Source of the DNA: Telmatocola sphagniphila
GTDB lineage: Bacteria; Planctomycetota; Planctomycetia; Gemmatales; Gemmataceae
Length of the DNA stretch: 32,000 bases
Assembly: GCF_018398935.1 (NCBI RefSeq)
Contig: NZ_CP074694.1
Coordinates: forward strand, 1,890,001 to 1,922,000
Reading direction: 5' to 3'
Shown in pieces: positions 16,915 through 24,521 of the stretch. The position numbers and the translations under genes were made by a program. Positions within the stretch are counted from its first letter, which is position 1, and every line of letters starts with the position of its first letter. The notes below the pieces were generated by a model. The model was not told the origin of the DNA and did no database searches. It saw nothing but the letters and a program-made list of their open reading frames with translations.

Positions 16915-17943
16915 TTATTCCGCGCGCAGCTGCTCGACGAGCTGCAAGTACTGCCCGATCATGGCCTGTTTGCTGAACCGCTCCTCCGCGTCTTGGCGGC
17001 AGGTACGGCGACTAATCGAATCGATGTTTTGAATGGCGGCCACCATCTCGGGAACGGAGTTCACCACGAAGCCATTGCGCTGCGACTGGATCACCTCGGG
17101 CACCGAACCGTTGTTCCAGCCGATTACCGGGCAACCGCAGGCGAGCGCCTCAGCCATCACGATGCCGAACGGTTCGGGCCACTGGATCGGAAATAGGAGG
17201 GCTCGGGCCTGCCCCAGCAGGTGCGATTTTTGCTCGTCGTTCACCGAGCCGATGTATTCGATGCGCGAATCGAGATGGGGGGCGATTTCTCTTTCAAAGT
17301 AATTCTCTTCCCCGGGCTCCTTCGATTGGGGGCCCGCAATTTTCAGAGGAACCCCCGCGGCCTGGGCCGCTGCGATCGCCAGATGGACTCCTTTATTACT
17401 CGTCAGTCGCCCCAGATAGACGAAGTAGGATTCGGCGGGCACGCGTTCTTGGAATGGCATCCGCTCCACATCGGTGGCATTGTAGATCACCCGAATTGCC
17501 CGAGCCGATTTCAGATGCGCGATCTGCTGCCGGCTGATTCCGACCAGGCCCAAGCGTTGGGGAAAACGCCGTTGCAGCTCCTCGATTTCGGAGGGAGGAA
17601 TCGGATTCTGAAAGACCGATATCAGGGGAAGCTTTTTCCCGGCGATCGCTCCCAGATAATCGAGCCGGCCAAAGTTGAGGACCAGATCGGCCGACCGAGC
17701 CAGCCGTCCCGAGCGGAAGCGAAACAGGATTTTGCGATAGGCCCGACTGATCCGGCCCGAGCCGGGTTTGTAATGAATCTGCAGGCAACCGTTATATTTC
17801 TGGGAACCGGGTCCCGCCAATAGATCGACCGTGTGCCCCGCTTCGACCAGTCCTTCCGCCAGCAGCGCGGCAATCCGCTCGGTCCCGCCGTACTGCACCG
17901 GGGGCACCGGAATATTCGGATCGACGAGGAGCAGGAGGCGCAA
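16915..17943 (-). CDS. Glycosyltransferase family 4
   Basis: MRLLLLVDPNIPVPPVQYGGTERIAALLAEGL..., YFVYLGRLTSNKGVHLAI...LLFPIQWPEPFGIVMAEALACGCPVIG. The start at 17943 is TTG. Confidence 0.8.
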   Translation of the reverse strand: MRLLLLVDPNIPVPPVQYGGTERIAALLAEGLVEAGHTVDLLAGPGSQKYNGCLQIHYKPGSGRISRAYRKILFRFRSGRLARSADLVLNFGRLDYLGAIAGKKLPLISVFQNPIPPSEIEELQRRFPQRLGLVGISRQQIAHLKSARAIRVIYNATDVERMPFQERVPAESYFVYLGRLTSNKGVHLAIAAAQAAGVPLKIAGPQSKEPGEENYFEREIAPHLDSRIEYIGSVNDEQKSHLLGQARALLFPIQWPEPFGIVMAEALACGCPVIGWNNGSVPEVIQSQRNGFVVNSVPEMVAAIQNIDSISRRTCRQDAEERFSKQAMIGQYLQLVEQLRAE

Positions 17944-17974
17944 CGAGTTCGAGGCTGGGGAGGAAGGGACCAGT

Positions 17975-19162
17975 CTAATGCCCGATCAGTTTTTTCAACA
18001 GGAACTTTTGAATTCGGGAGATCCCGGGAGCCGGCCGGGACGCTGCGCACTCGGCGGCTTGCCAAAGACTTTGGGAAAACTGCGCCGGGGACCACTGTGC
18101 GATGATCTCCCGGCTACGCTCTCCCATCTTCTGGCGCAATTCTTCGTCGGTTGCCAGTCGTTGCAGTTGGTGCGCGAGTGGATTCACCTCTTGAGGAGAG
18201 AATTGGAAACCATTCTCTCCCTCCCGGACCAAATCGGGGGCACAGCCACAAATATTCGAGACCAGCACCGGCAACCCGGCGGCCATGGCCTCGTTGACGA
18301 CCAGTCCCCACTGCTCGTAGTGGGAACTGGGAAGGATAAACGCCTTGGCGAAGGCGTAGTATGCGGGCAGCTGCGGGTACTGCTGAAAGCCGGGAAAGTG
18401 GACGTGGTTCTCCACCGAGAGCTGTTGGGCACAGGCCATCAACCGGTCTCGCAAGGGACCGTCTCCGAGCAGGACGAGATCGCACGGTGAATCGGTCGAC
18501 TTCCGAAACGCCGCGTAGGCCCGAATCAGAAATTCGAAATTCTTTTTGGGGATGAACCGGCCACAAGCCAGGAAATATTCCGCGGGCAGCTGCAGGCGTG
18601 GACGTAACTCCGGATTCTGCTGGGCGGCGGAAACACTCTGCTGGAAATAGGCGTTGTCGACGACGTCGTAGCCGAGAAAGATCCGGTCCTTCGGAATCCC
18701 AAGCTGGGCAAGATATTCTCGATGAGGGCTTCCGGCCACCAAACCCGCCGGGAACCCTTTCAGCAACTGGCGTTTTACCCATTCCTTGTGCCATTTGCGC
18801 GGTTCGTCCTTCTCCTGACTGTCCGACATCACCAGCATCGGCTTGCGATTGTTCAGTCCCCAGCGGAAGGCCGCCAGCATTCCGCGATCGCCCCAGCCGG
18901 CGATCGCCAGAACGTCCGGATTGATCTCGGTCAAGAGGTTCTCGACTCGACCGACCAGTTCCGCGGGAGGCAGCTGATTACTATCGCCTTCGGAACAAAC
19001 CACTTGGCGATTCAAATCGGGAGTGGCTTGTTTCTCCCAGGCGTACTCTTCCGAGGCGCCGCTCAATTCCACGGCCACGAGTTCCTGCGGGCCCTGGCTC
19101 GCCGCCCGTAAGCGGGCGACGTGATAGGGCCCAAATCGATGAAAGAGAATCGCCAGTCGCAT
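17975..19162 (-). CDS. Glycosyltransferase family 4
   Basis: ATG at 19162 (MRLAILFHRFGPYH...) is preferred. The track start 19282 would overlap the flippase 3' end by 46 nt. C-terminal FLACGRFIPKKNFEFLI...LLGDGPLR...FILPSSHYEQWGLVVNEAMAAGLPVLVS. Confidence 0.8.
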   Translation of the reverse strand: MRLAILFHRFGPYHVARLRAASQGPQELVAVELSGASEEYAWEKQATPDLNRQVVCSEGDSNQLPPAELVGRVENLLTEINPDVLAIAGWGDRGMLAAFRWGLNNRKPMLVMSDSQEKDEPRKWHKEWVKRQLLKGFPAGLVAGSPHREYLAQLGIPKDRIFLGYDVVDNAYFQQSVSAAQQNPELRPRLQLPAEYFLACGRFIPKKNFEFLIRAYAAFRKSTDSPCDLVLLGDGPLRDRLMACAQQLSVENHVHFPGFQQYPQLPAYYAFAKAFILPSSHYEQWGLVVNEAMAAGLPVLVSNICGCAPDLVREGENGFQFSPQEVNPLAHQLQRLATDEELRQKMGERSREIIAQWSPAQFSQSLWQAAECAASRPAPGISRIQKFLLKKLIGH

Positions 19163-19236
19163 GGATCGAAGAATCGAGCTCTTAGGACACGGAGAAAGTA
19201 CTAGGCGAACGCGCGGGAAATCGAGATATTGACCTG

Positions 19237-20775
19237 CTAGGTGGGAACGACATCGGCCCGGTTCGAGCGACGGGACCGCCATCGGGCCAGAATCTTATTC
19301 AAAACTGGCGCGGTCAGATCCGAGAGCAACCACTTCGCCAAGACTCCGTAGACCAGAAAGATCGCACCAGCGCCGCCGATTAAAGCCAGCCAGCGGGACT
19401 CGGGTCGCAGTTCGCTCGCCAGCCCGGCTCCTAAAAGCCCGCTGCCGACGCTCAACAAAAAAATTAAGACTACCGTGGATCCGGAAGGCCAGAAGCTCAG
19501 CCCGCCCAGATGCTCTTTCAGCTCGCGGGGCAGAATCCAGAGATTGGTGAAGAGAGCCGCGGCCAGCAGCCCGAACCCCACGTATTGGGGATCGACCTTC
19601 CACACCAGAAAGCCGCAGAAGACCAAGGATGCGACCCCATAAAAGACGTGGGTCCGGGCGGCGACCCGGATGCGCCCCAAGCCGGTCAGCGTGAATTGCA
19701 GACTGGCGATCAAAGAATTCAAGGCCCCGACCGTCAGGGCCCCCAGCAGAATCGGCCACGCGATGGTCAGCTTCTGCGCGGTCCACAAGCTGACGAAATC
19801 CCGGGTTAAGGCCAGGTAGCCGGCCGCTAAGAGACCGAAGAACAGAAGCGACAAATTTAAAGTTCGGGATAAGGTTTGGGCGATCCAGGCGATCTCCCCT
19901 TTGGCCGCGGCATCGCCGTAGGCCGATTGTAGCGTCGCGGTGAAATTTCGGACCACACCCAAAGGCAGCATGATCAAGGTCAAAGCCACACTGAACGTCG
20001 GTACCGCCTCGGCGCCGGAGAACCAGCCCAGGGCCAGTACCGGGGCCGACATCGCCAGGCCATCGCCCGCCTGCAGTCCGAAGTTACCGGCGGCGGTGCG
20101 CAAGAGCTTCGTGCGAAGCAGACGATTCGGTGGGTGCTTTTCGAACGCCCAGGGGTATCGGGAGGCCGCGTAGGACTTGGCGATCCGGTAGCTGACGAAA
20201 TTCGCCAGGGTCTGCACGCCGATGATCCCGCCGAGCGGACAATTCCCCGCAGCCGCGGCGATCGCCAAAATGGCCCCGGCAATCCGGCCGCTACCCTGGG
20301 CCAGCGCCACGTACTGCAAATCCTGGAGGCCGTTGAGGAGACTGTAGGTGGGGGACGCGAGAAGCGTCACCACGGCCTGCAGGCCGATCGCCAGAGCTAA
20401 GCCGGCGAGCTCCGGATGAACCGGAAGGGCGGCTCCGAACAGTGCCAGCAGCAAGCCGACCCCGGCCGTCAGAACCAGGATAATCCCCGCCGAGAGGTGG
20501 GCAAAACGCCGACTGGCCTGAAGCACCGCCGCGATTTCCGGATGATCCTCGCGCCCCTTCGCGTGAGAGACCAAGATCATCGAAGCCCAGCTCAAGCCGC
20601 CATCGCTGAGAACTAGATACTGCAGCACCGACATTGCCAGCAGGATCAGGCCGTAGCGTTCCTGGCCCAGCCAATTCAAATAGGCGGGCACGGTGACCAG
20701 CGACAGAACCATGCCGGCCACCGTGAACGCCTGAACTATCAAGGTCGCCGTGACGGCCCGTTGCAGTCGACTCAT
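19237..20775 (-). CDS. wzx: Polysaccharide/O-antigen flippase (MOP superfamily, Wzx-like)
   Basis: 512 aa with about 12-14 TM segments. The N-terminus ...VLSLVTVPAYLNWLGQERYGLILLAMSVLQYLVLSDGGL is typical of Polysacc_synt/Wzx proteins. It lies in a glycosyltransferase locus. Confidence 0.75.
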   Translation of the reverse strand: MSRLQRAVTATLIVQAFTVAGMVLSLVTVPAYLNWLGQERYGLILLAMSVLQYLVLSDGGLSWASMILVSHAKGREDHPEIAAVLQASRRFAHLSAGIILVLTAGVGLLLALFGAALPVHPELAGLALAIGLQAVVTLLASPTYSLLNGLQDLQYVALAQGSGRIAGAILAIAAAAGNCPLGGIIGVQTLANFVSYRIAKSYAASRYPWAFEKHPPNRLLRTKLLRTAAGNFGLQAGDGLAMSAPVLALGWFSGAEAVPTFSVALTLIMLPLGVVRNFTATLQSAYGDAAAKGEIAWIAQTLSRTLNLSLLFFGLLAAGYLALTRDFVSLWTAQKLTIAWPILLGALTVGALNSLIASLQFTLTGLGRIRVAARTHVFYGVASLVFCGFLVWKVDPQYVGFGLLAAALFTNLWILPRELKEHLGGLSFWPSGSTVVLIFLLSVGSGLLGAGLASELRPESRWLALIGGAGAIFLVYGVLAKWLLSDLTAPVLNKILARWRSRRSNRADVVPT

Positions 20776-20884
20776 AGAGCGGGGCCGCTTCTGAAAAAAA
20801 CCGGGAGGAGGAGGGAGCGAATCGGGAACGAAGGCCGAAAGCGACGTTGAAAAACGTCAGCGGCGAGGAGAGGAAAGGGAAAAC

Positions 20885-20904
20885 GGGGGCTCAGGCAAGC
20901 CCCC
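20885..20904 (-). terminator. GC-rich hairpin with U-rich tail between the epimerase and flippase genes (candidate intrinsic terminator/attenuator)
   Basis: The + strand reads GGGGGCT-CAGGCA-AGCCCCC (perfect 7 bp stem, 6 nt loop). On the - strand the hairpin is followed by GTTTTCCCTTTCC. It starts 27 nt after the stop at 20932. Confidence 0.35.
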
Positions 20905-20931
20905 GTGTGCGAGCGGGAGGACCTGTAGAGA

Positions 20932-21927
20932 TTAATAGATCGGACAGGGAGCGTTGGTCACGATCTGGTCGTATATCCAGGCGTAGGTTCGCTCCAGACC
21001 ATCGCGAAGCCGGATCGAGGGCTGCCAGCCCAGCAGCTCCTGGATCAGGGTGTTATCGCTGTTGCGACCATTCACCCCCTTGGGAGCGCTCAGATTGTAT
21101 TTTCGCTTCAGCTCGACGCCGGCGATCTCTTCGACGATATCGACCAGCTGGTTGATGCTGACCAGTTCGTTGCTGCCCAGATTGATGGCGTCGACGATCT
21201 CGCTGTGCATGATTTTCTGCGTGCCGAACAGACAGTCTTCGATGAACATGAAGCTGCGCGTCTGATGGCCATCGCCCCAAATCTCGATTTCCCGATTCCC
21301 CGAGAGCTTGGCTTCGATGACCTTGCGGCAGGTGGCAGCAGGCGCTTTCTCGCGGCCCCCCTTCCAGGTGCCTTGCGGGCCGTAGACGTTGTGGTAGCGG
21401 GCCATGCGGGTCACCAGTCCGAAATCCTCCCGGAAATGGCGGCACATCCGTTCGCTGAAGAGTTTCTCCCAGCCGTAGCCATCTTCGGGCATGGCGGGAT
21501 AAGCGTCTTCCTCTTTCAGAGCCGTCAAGTCAGTTTTGGTCTGTTTATTGGCGGCGTAGACGCAGGCCGACGAGGAGAAGAAGAACCGCTTCACCCCGGC
21601 CTCGCGCGCCGCCAGGAGCATATGCGTATTGATCAAGACCGAGAGCATGCAAAGTGCTTTATTGTGCTCGATGAAACCCATGCCGCCCATATCGGCGGCC
21701 AGGTTATAGACCTCCTCCACCCCCTGCACCGCGGTGCGGCAGTTTTCCAGTTTTTCGAGATCGAGGGACAGATTTTCGACCTCCGGTTGCTTCTGCCACC
21801 AGTCGGTCAGCGGCTTATGATCCACCGCCCGGACCCGAAAGCCTTTTTTCACCAGATCGGCCACCAGGTGCCCGCCGATGAATCCCCCTGCCCCGGTCAC
21901 CAACACCAATTCGCTTTTCAAATGCAA
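20932..21927 (-). CDS. GDP-mannose 3,5-epimerase (GME-like SDR)
   Basis: Near-colinear with the plant GME as I remember it: LVTGAGGFIG, YNLAADMGGMGFI, FFFSSSACVY, YGWEKL, YHNVYGPQGTWKGGREKAPAATCRK, IWGDGHQTRSFMFIEDC, PKGVNGRNSDNTLIQELLGW. The start at 21927 is TTG and there is no in-frame ATG upstream of the Rossmann motif. Confidence 0.8.
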   Translation of the reverse strand: MHLKSELVLVTGAGGFIGGHLVADLVKKGFRVRAVDHKPLTDWWQKQPEVENLSLDLEKLENCRTAVQGVEEVYNLAADMGGMGFIEHNKALCMLSVLINTHMLLAAREAGVKRFFFSSSACVYAANKQTKTDLTALKEEDAYPAMPEDGYGWEKLFSERMCRHFREDFGLVTRMARYHNVYGPQGTWKGGREKAPAATCRKVIEAKLSGNREIEIWGDGHQTRSFMFIEDCLFGTQKIMHSEIVDAINLGSNELVSINQLVDIVEEIAGVELKRKYNLSAPKGVNGRNSDNTLIQELLGWQPSIRLRDGLERTYAWIYDQIVTNAPCPIY

Positions 21928-22680
21928 ACTCCTGCACAGCTCGCCACAGCCGCGAACGATTCAACCTGGGCCGGATGAAACCAATGGATACGCCATCGGC
22001 CGTCGAACTAGACTCTTAAAGGATTGAAAAATCGTCAATTCGGAACTAACCGTCTGGGTCCCCACTACTGTCTTGCGATTGCCTTTCAACGTGTACTCTT
22101 ACCCCAGGAGAACGCTGGGGCCATCATCCCTTACCTAAACGTTAATCTTTCACAATTCCCACACAGTTAAAAACGTCAAAAAGAGGACTATTGGAACCGC
22201 GGACCCCGGTGGGGTCTTTTTGAGAACTTTCGGAAACTCTCGAACCGTTAGCCTCCTTCGCAGGAACTCCTACAAACGTTTTCTCGAACTCAGACGGCAA
22301 TTACTTTTCAAGAGACTCCCACCGCCGGAGATGGGAATATTTTGTCTGTAAGAAGGTTGAGAACAACCGGAATCTCTCTCTTAATCGGAGGGATCGTTTT
22401 CCGGGGAATAAAAGCAAGAACCCGTTCGTCCTAGGGCAGACTCCGTCCCTTTGGGATGTCCTCCCCGACGCATTTTCCCGTCTGGTCTTTCCATCCGATC
22501 GTTCCATCTCTCGACGAAGACCGAGGGAGCCGTCTTTAGAGAACTCCTCGATCGGTCTGAAGACGGACCGCCGGCCTCCGATTTTCAAGATCCCGGAGAG
22601 GAAATCGGGAGTGAGAGCGCTTTCTTTCCCCTTAAGAAATAGCCTAACCGAAGACCGATAACTTCGCCATTTTGTCTGTT
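21928..22680 (-). promoter_or_regulatory. Long (~750 nt) non-coding leader between the NusG-paralog gene and the first biosynthetic gene
   Basis: There is no credible ORF. It is visibly less GC-rich than the flanks and has several short stem-loops (for example CCGTCTT...AAGACGG at 22533-22566). It sits where a NusG-paralog recruitment/pause element would be expected. Confidence 0.4.
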
Positions 22681-23238
22681 CTATTCGGCCGGAATAATCG
22701 ATTCCCGATCCACTACAATCGAAAGTCCCTTCTGAATAAAGTCGACACTCACGACAAAGCGGCATTCGCCCTTATTCTCAATTAACGTTCCCTTCATCCC
22801 GGCCATCGATCCCATCCGGATCATGACCCGGTCCCCCGGCTTCAACTCCTCTTCGCGCTGGACCTCCTGGTCGCCGCCGATCAACCACCAGACCTGCTGC
22901 AATTGTTTGTCCAGCGTCATCTGATCGGGTACATCGAGGATCCGAACGGCCCGATCCAGGATCTGAAACGGCAGGCGATTCTGGCGGGCATTTCGGATAA
23001 ACAGATAGCCCGGAAAAACCGGCGGAAAGGAATCGGGAACGCGGGCCGCCCGCGGCTTGCCACTCTTGGCCAGCGGCAGAAAATAGGATAACTCCGCGGC
23101 GTGCAGATGCCGGGCGATCACTTTCTCCTGACGGGGCTTAGTATGAATCACCATCCAGGGGTGTTCCGGATCGAACGGTCGTTCGTCGACGAACAGGTTG
23201 GGCGGAAAGCATACGTTCTCAAGTGGTAAAATCGGCAT
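22681..23238 (-). CDS. NusG-family transcription antiterminator paralog (RfaH/UpxY/LoaP-like)
   Basis: NGN domain: WMVIHTKPRQEKVIARHLHAAELSYFLPL...VFPGYLFIRN. C-terminal KOW: KPGDRVMIRMGSMAGMKGTLIE. ATG at 23238 is preferred; the track start 23292 adds 18 aa. Confidence 0.8.
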   Translation of the reverse strand: MPILPLENVCFPPNLFVDERPFDPEHPWMVIHTKPRQEKVIARHLHAAELSYFLPLAKSGKPRAARVPDSFPPVFPGYLFIRNARQNRLPFQILDRAVRILDVPDQMTLDKQLQQVWWLIGGDQEVQREEELKPGDRVMIRMGSMAGMKGTLIENKGECRFVVSVDFIQKGLSIVVDRESIIPAE

Positions 23239-23292
23239 AATCGCTACTATTCCCCAGCACAGCTCCGGCCTTGTCCTCAGATACTTCCCCAC

Positions 23293-23462
23293 AATCGGGG
23301 ACTTGGCAACCCATGGCTCGGCAGGCCGTTTTCCCGCTTATCTTACAAAAGTCCTCCTCTAAAAAATAAAATACAACTTATGTTTGTCGATAAAAAGGGG
23401 GTTCCGGCCGGGATCCGGCCCCCCTTCGTCGAGGCCCCGCCTAATAATGAGATGGGGGCACC
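23293..23462. promoter_or_regulatory. Divergent intergenic region (NusG-paralog/polysaccharide operon leftward, DNA-repair operon rightward)
   Basis: AT-rich core at 23341-23395 (TCTTACAAAAGTCCTCCTCTAAAAAATAAAATACAACTTATGTTTGTCGATAAAAAG) inside otherwise GC-rich DNA. No specific -35/-10 pair could be assigned confidently. Confidence 0.35.
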
Positions 23463-24521
23463 ATGAATCCAACCAGTACCCACCGGCCAGGCGAGCCGCT
23501 GATCCAAGTCACCGAATCGGGTCTCTTCTGCGAACGGGGAGCCTTTTACATCGATCCGTGGCGTCCGGTGGATCGGGCCATTATCACGCATGCCCATTCC
23601 GACCACGCGCGGCGCGGCTGCGGCCGCTACCTGACCACGACGGCGGGCCGACGGGTGCTCCAAAGCCGGATGGAGCCGAACGCGGTGATCCAGACCGTCA
23701 ACTACGGAGAAGTTCTCCACCAAAATGGCGTTCAGGTTTCGCTCCACTCCGCCGGCCATGTGCTGGGCTCCGCGCAGATTCGCGTCGAGTACCGCGGCGA
23801 AGTCTGGGGAATCTCCGGGGACTACAAGCTGGCCCCCGATCCGACCTGCACGGCCTTCGAACCGGTCCGCTGTCATACCTTCGTCACCGAATCGACTTTT
23901 GGCCTGCCGATTTATCGCTGGGAAAGCCCGGCGACGATCTTTGCTTCGGTCAATTCCTGGTGGCAGCAGAATCGTACGCTGGGCCGGGCCTCGATTATCT
24001 ACGCCTATTCGCTGGGCAAAGCGCAACGGCTCCTCGCCGGACTGGATACCTCGATCGGACCGATCTTTTGTCACGGCGCCGTCAAGACCGTCAATCAGGA
24101 TTACCGGGACAGCGGGATTCCCCTGCCGCCCACCCAAAAGGCGGAAGCGAAACGGAAAGCGACGGAATGGCAGGGAGCCCTGATTATCGCTCCCCCTTCG
24201 GCGATGGGGACGCCCTGGGTCCGCAAATTCGGCGACGCTTCGGAAGCCTACGCCTCCGGTTGGATGGCCGTACGCGGCACCCGCCGGCGCCGCGGCGTCG
24301 ATCGCGGTTTCGTCCTTTCCGACCACGCCGATTGGCCGGGACTGCTTTCCGCCATCGCCGCCACCGGCGCGGAAACCATTCTGGCGACGCATGGGTCGAC
24401 CGCCGTGCTGGTGCGCTGGCTGCGCGAGCAAGGACTCCAGGCGCAGCCGTTACGCACCGAATATCAGGGCGAGAGTGAGGAAGCTGCCGCCGTCGCCCCC
24501 GCGGAAGGGGCCTCCGAATGA
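23463..24521 (+). CDS. Ligase-associated DNA damage response exonuclease (metallo-beta-lactamase fold)
   Basis: IITHAHSDHARRG (HxHxDH), HSAGHVLGSAQI, FVTESTFG, LSDHADW. It is the first gene of the four-gene ligase-associated set. Confidence 0.85.
   Translation: MNPTSTHRPGEPLIQVTESGLFCERGAFYIDPWRPVDRAIITHAHSDHARRGCGRYLTTTAGRRVLQSRMEPNAVIQTVNYGEVLHQNGVQVSLHSAGHVLGSAQIRVEYRGEVWGISGDYKLAPDPTCTAFEPVRCHTFVTESTFGLPIYRWESPATIFASVNSWWQQNRTLGRASIIYAYSLGKAQRLLAGLDTSIGPIFCHGAVKTVNQDYRDSGIPLPPTQKAEAKRKATEWQGALIIAPPSAMGTPWVRKFGDASEAYASGWMAVRGTRRRRGVDRGFVLSDHADWPGLLSAIAATGAETILATHGSTAVLVRWLREQGLQAQPLRTEYQGESEEAAAVAPAEGASE

Noticed and set aside
19163-19282. N-terminal extension of the GT gene (track start 19282), and likewise the 35 aa extension of the acyltransferase (track start 6989).
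   Set aside because: The extensions overlap the upstream gene or are Arg-rich and atypical. The family-typical N-termini (MRLAILFHRF..., MKQDERYIWLDLVRG...) begin at internal ATGs. The longer forms remain possible.
22202-22221. GACCCC-GGT-GGGGTC followed by TTTTT on the + strand, resembling a rho-independent terminator.
   Set aside because: It is oriented for + strand transcription, where there is no upstream + strand gene. On the transcribed - strand it lacks a U tail. It has a short 6 bp stem. It could at most block antisense transcription, which is not supported further.
22316-22326. The - strand reads GGCGGTGGGAG in the leader, resembling the enterobacterial RfaH ops core GGCGGTAG.
   Set aside because: Only 7 of the 8 core positions and 7 of 12 overall match. 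ops is specific to RfaH of proteobacteria, and a GC-rich 8-mer near-match is expected by chance.
22301-22765. 154 aa - strand ORF spanning the NusG-paralog 3' end and part of the leader.
   Set aside because: It would have to start inside the NusG-like CDS in another frame. The sequence is highly basic with low complexity and shows no motif. It is treated as non-coding leader, although a small leader peptide cannot be excluded.
23406-23420. GGCCGG-GAT-CCGGCC perfect hairpin/palindrome about 40 nt upstream of the exonuclease start.
   Set aside because: It is short and GC-rich with no T tract. It is built from self-complementary CCGG/GGATCC words that are common in GC-rich DNA. No second copy was seen in the window.
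23343-24478. Two ~360 aa ORFs (23343..24431 on - and 23384..24478 on +) overlapping the exonuclease gene. The 397 aa ORF 26421..27614 inside the helicase gene is a similar case.
   Set aside because: The frame starting at 23463 has the HxHxDH metallo-beta-lactamase motif, and the frame starting at 26116 has all helicase motifs. The competitors are Arg/Pro/Gly-rich shadows.
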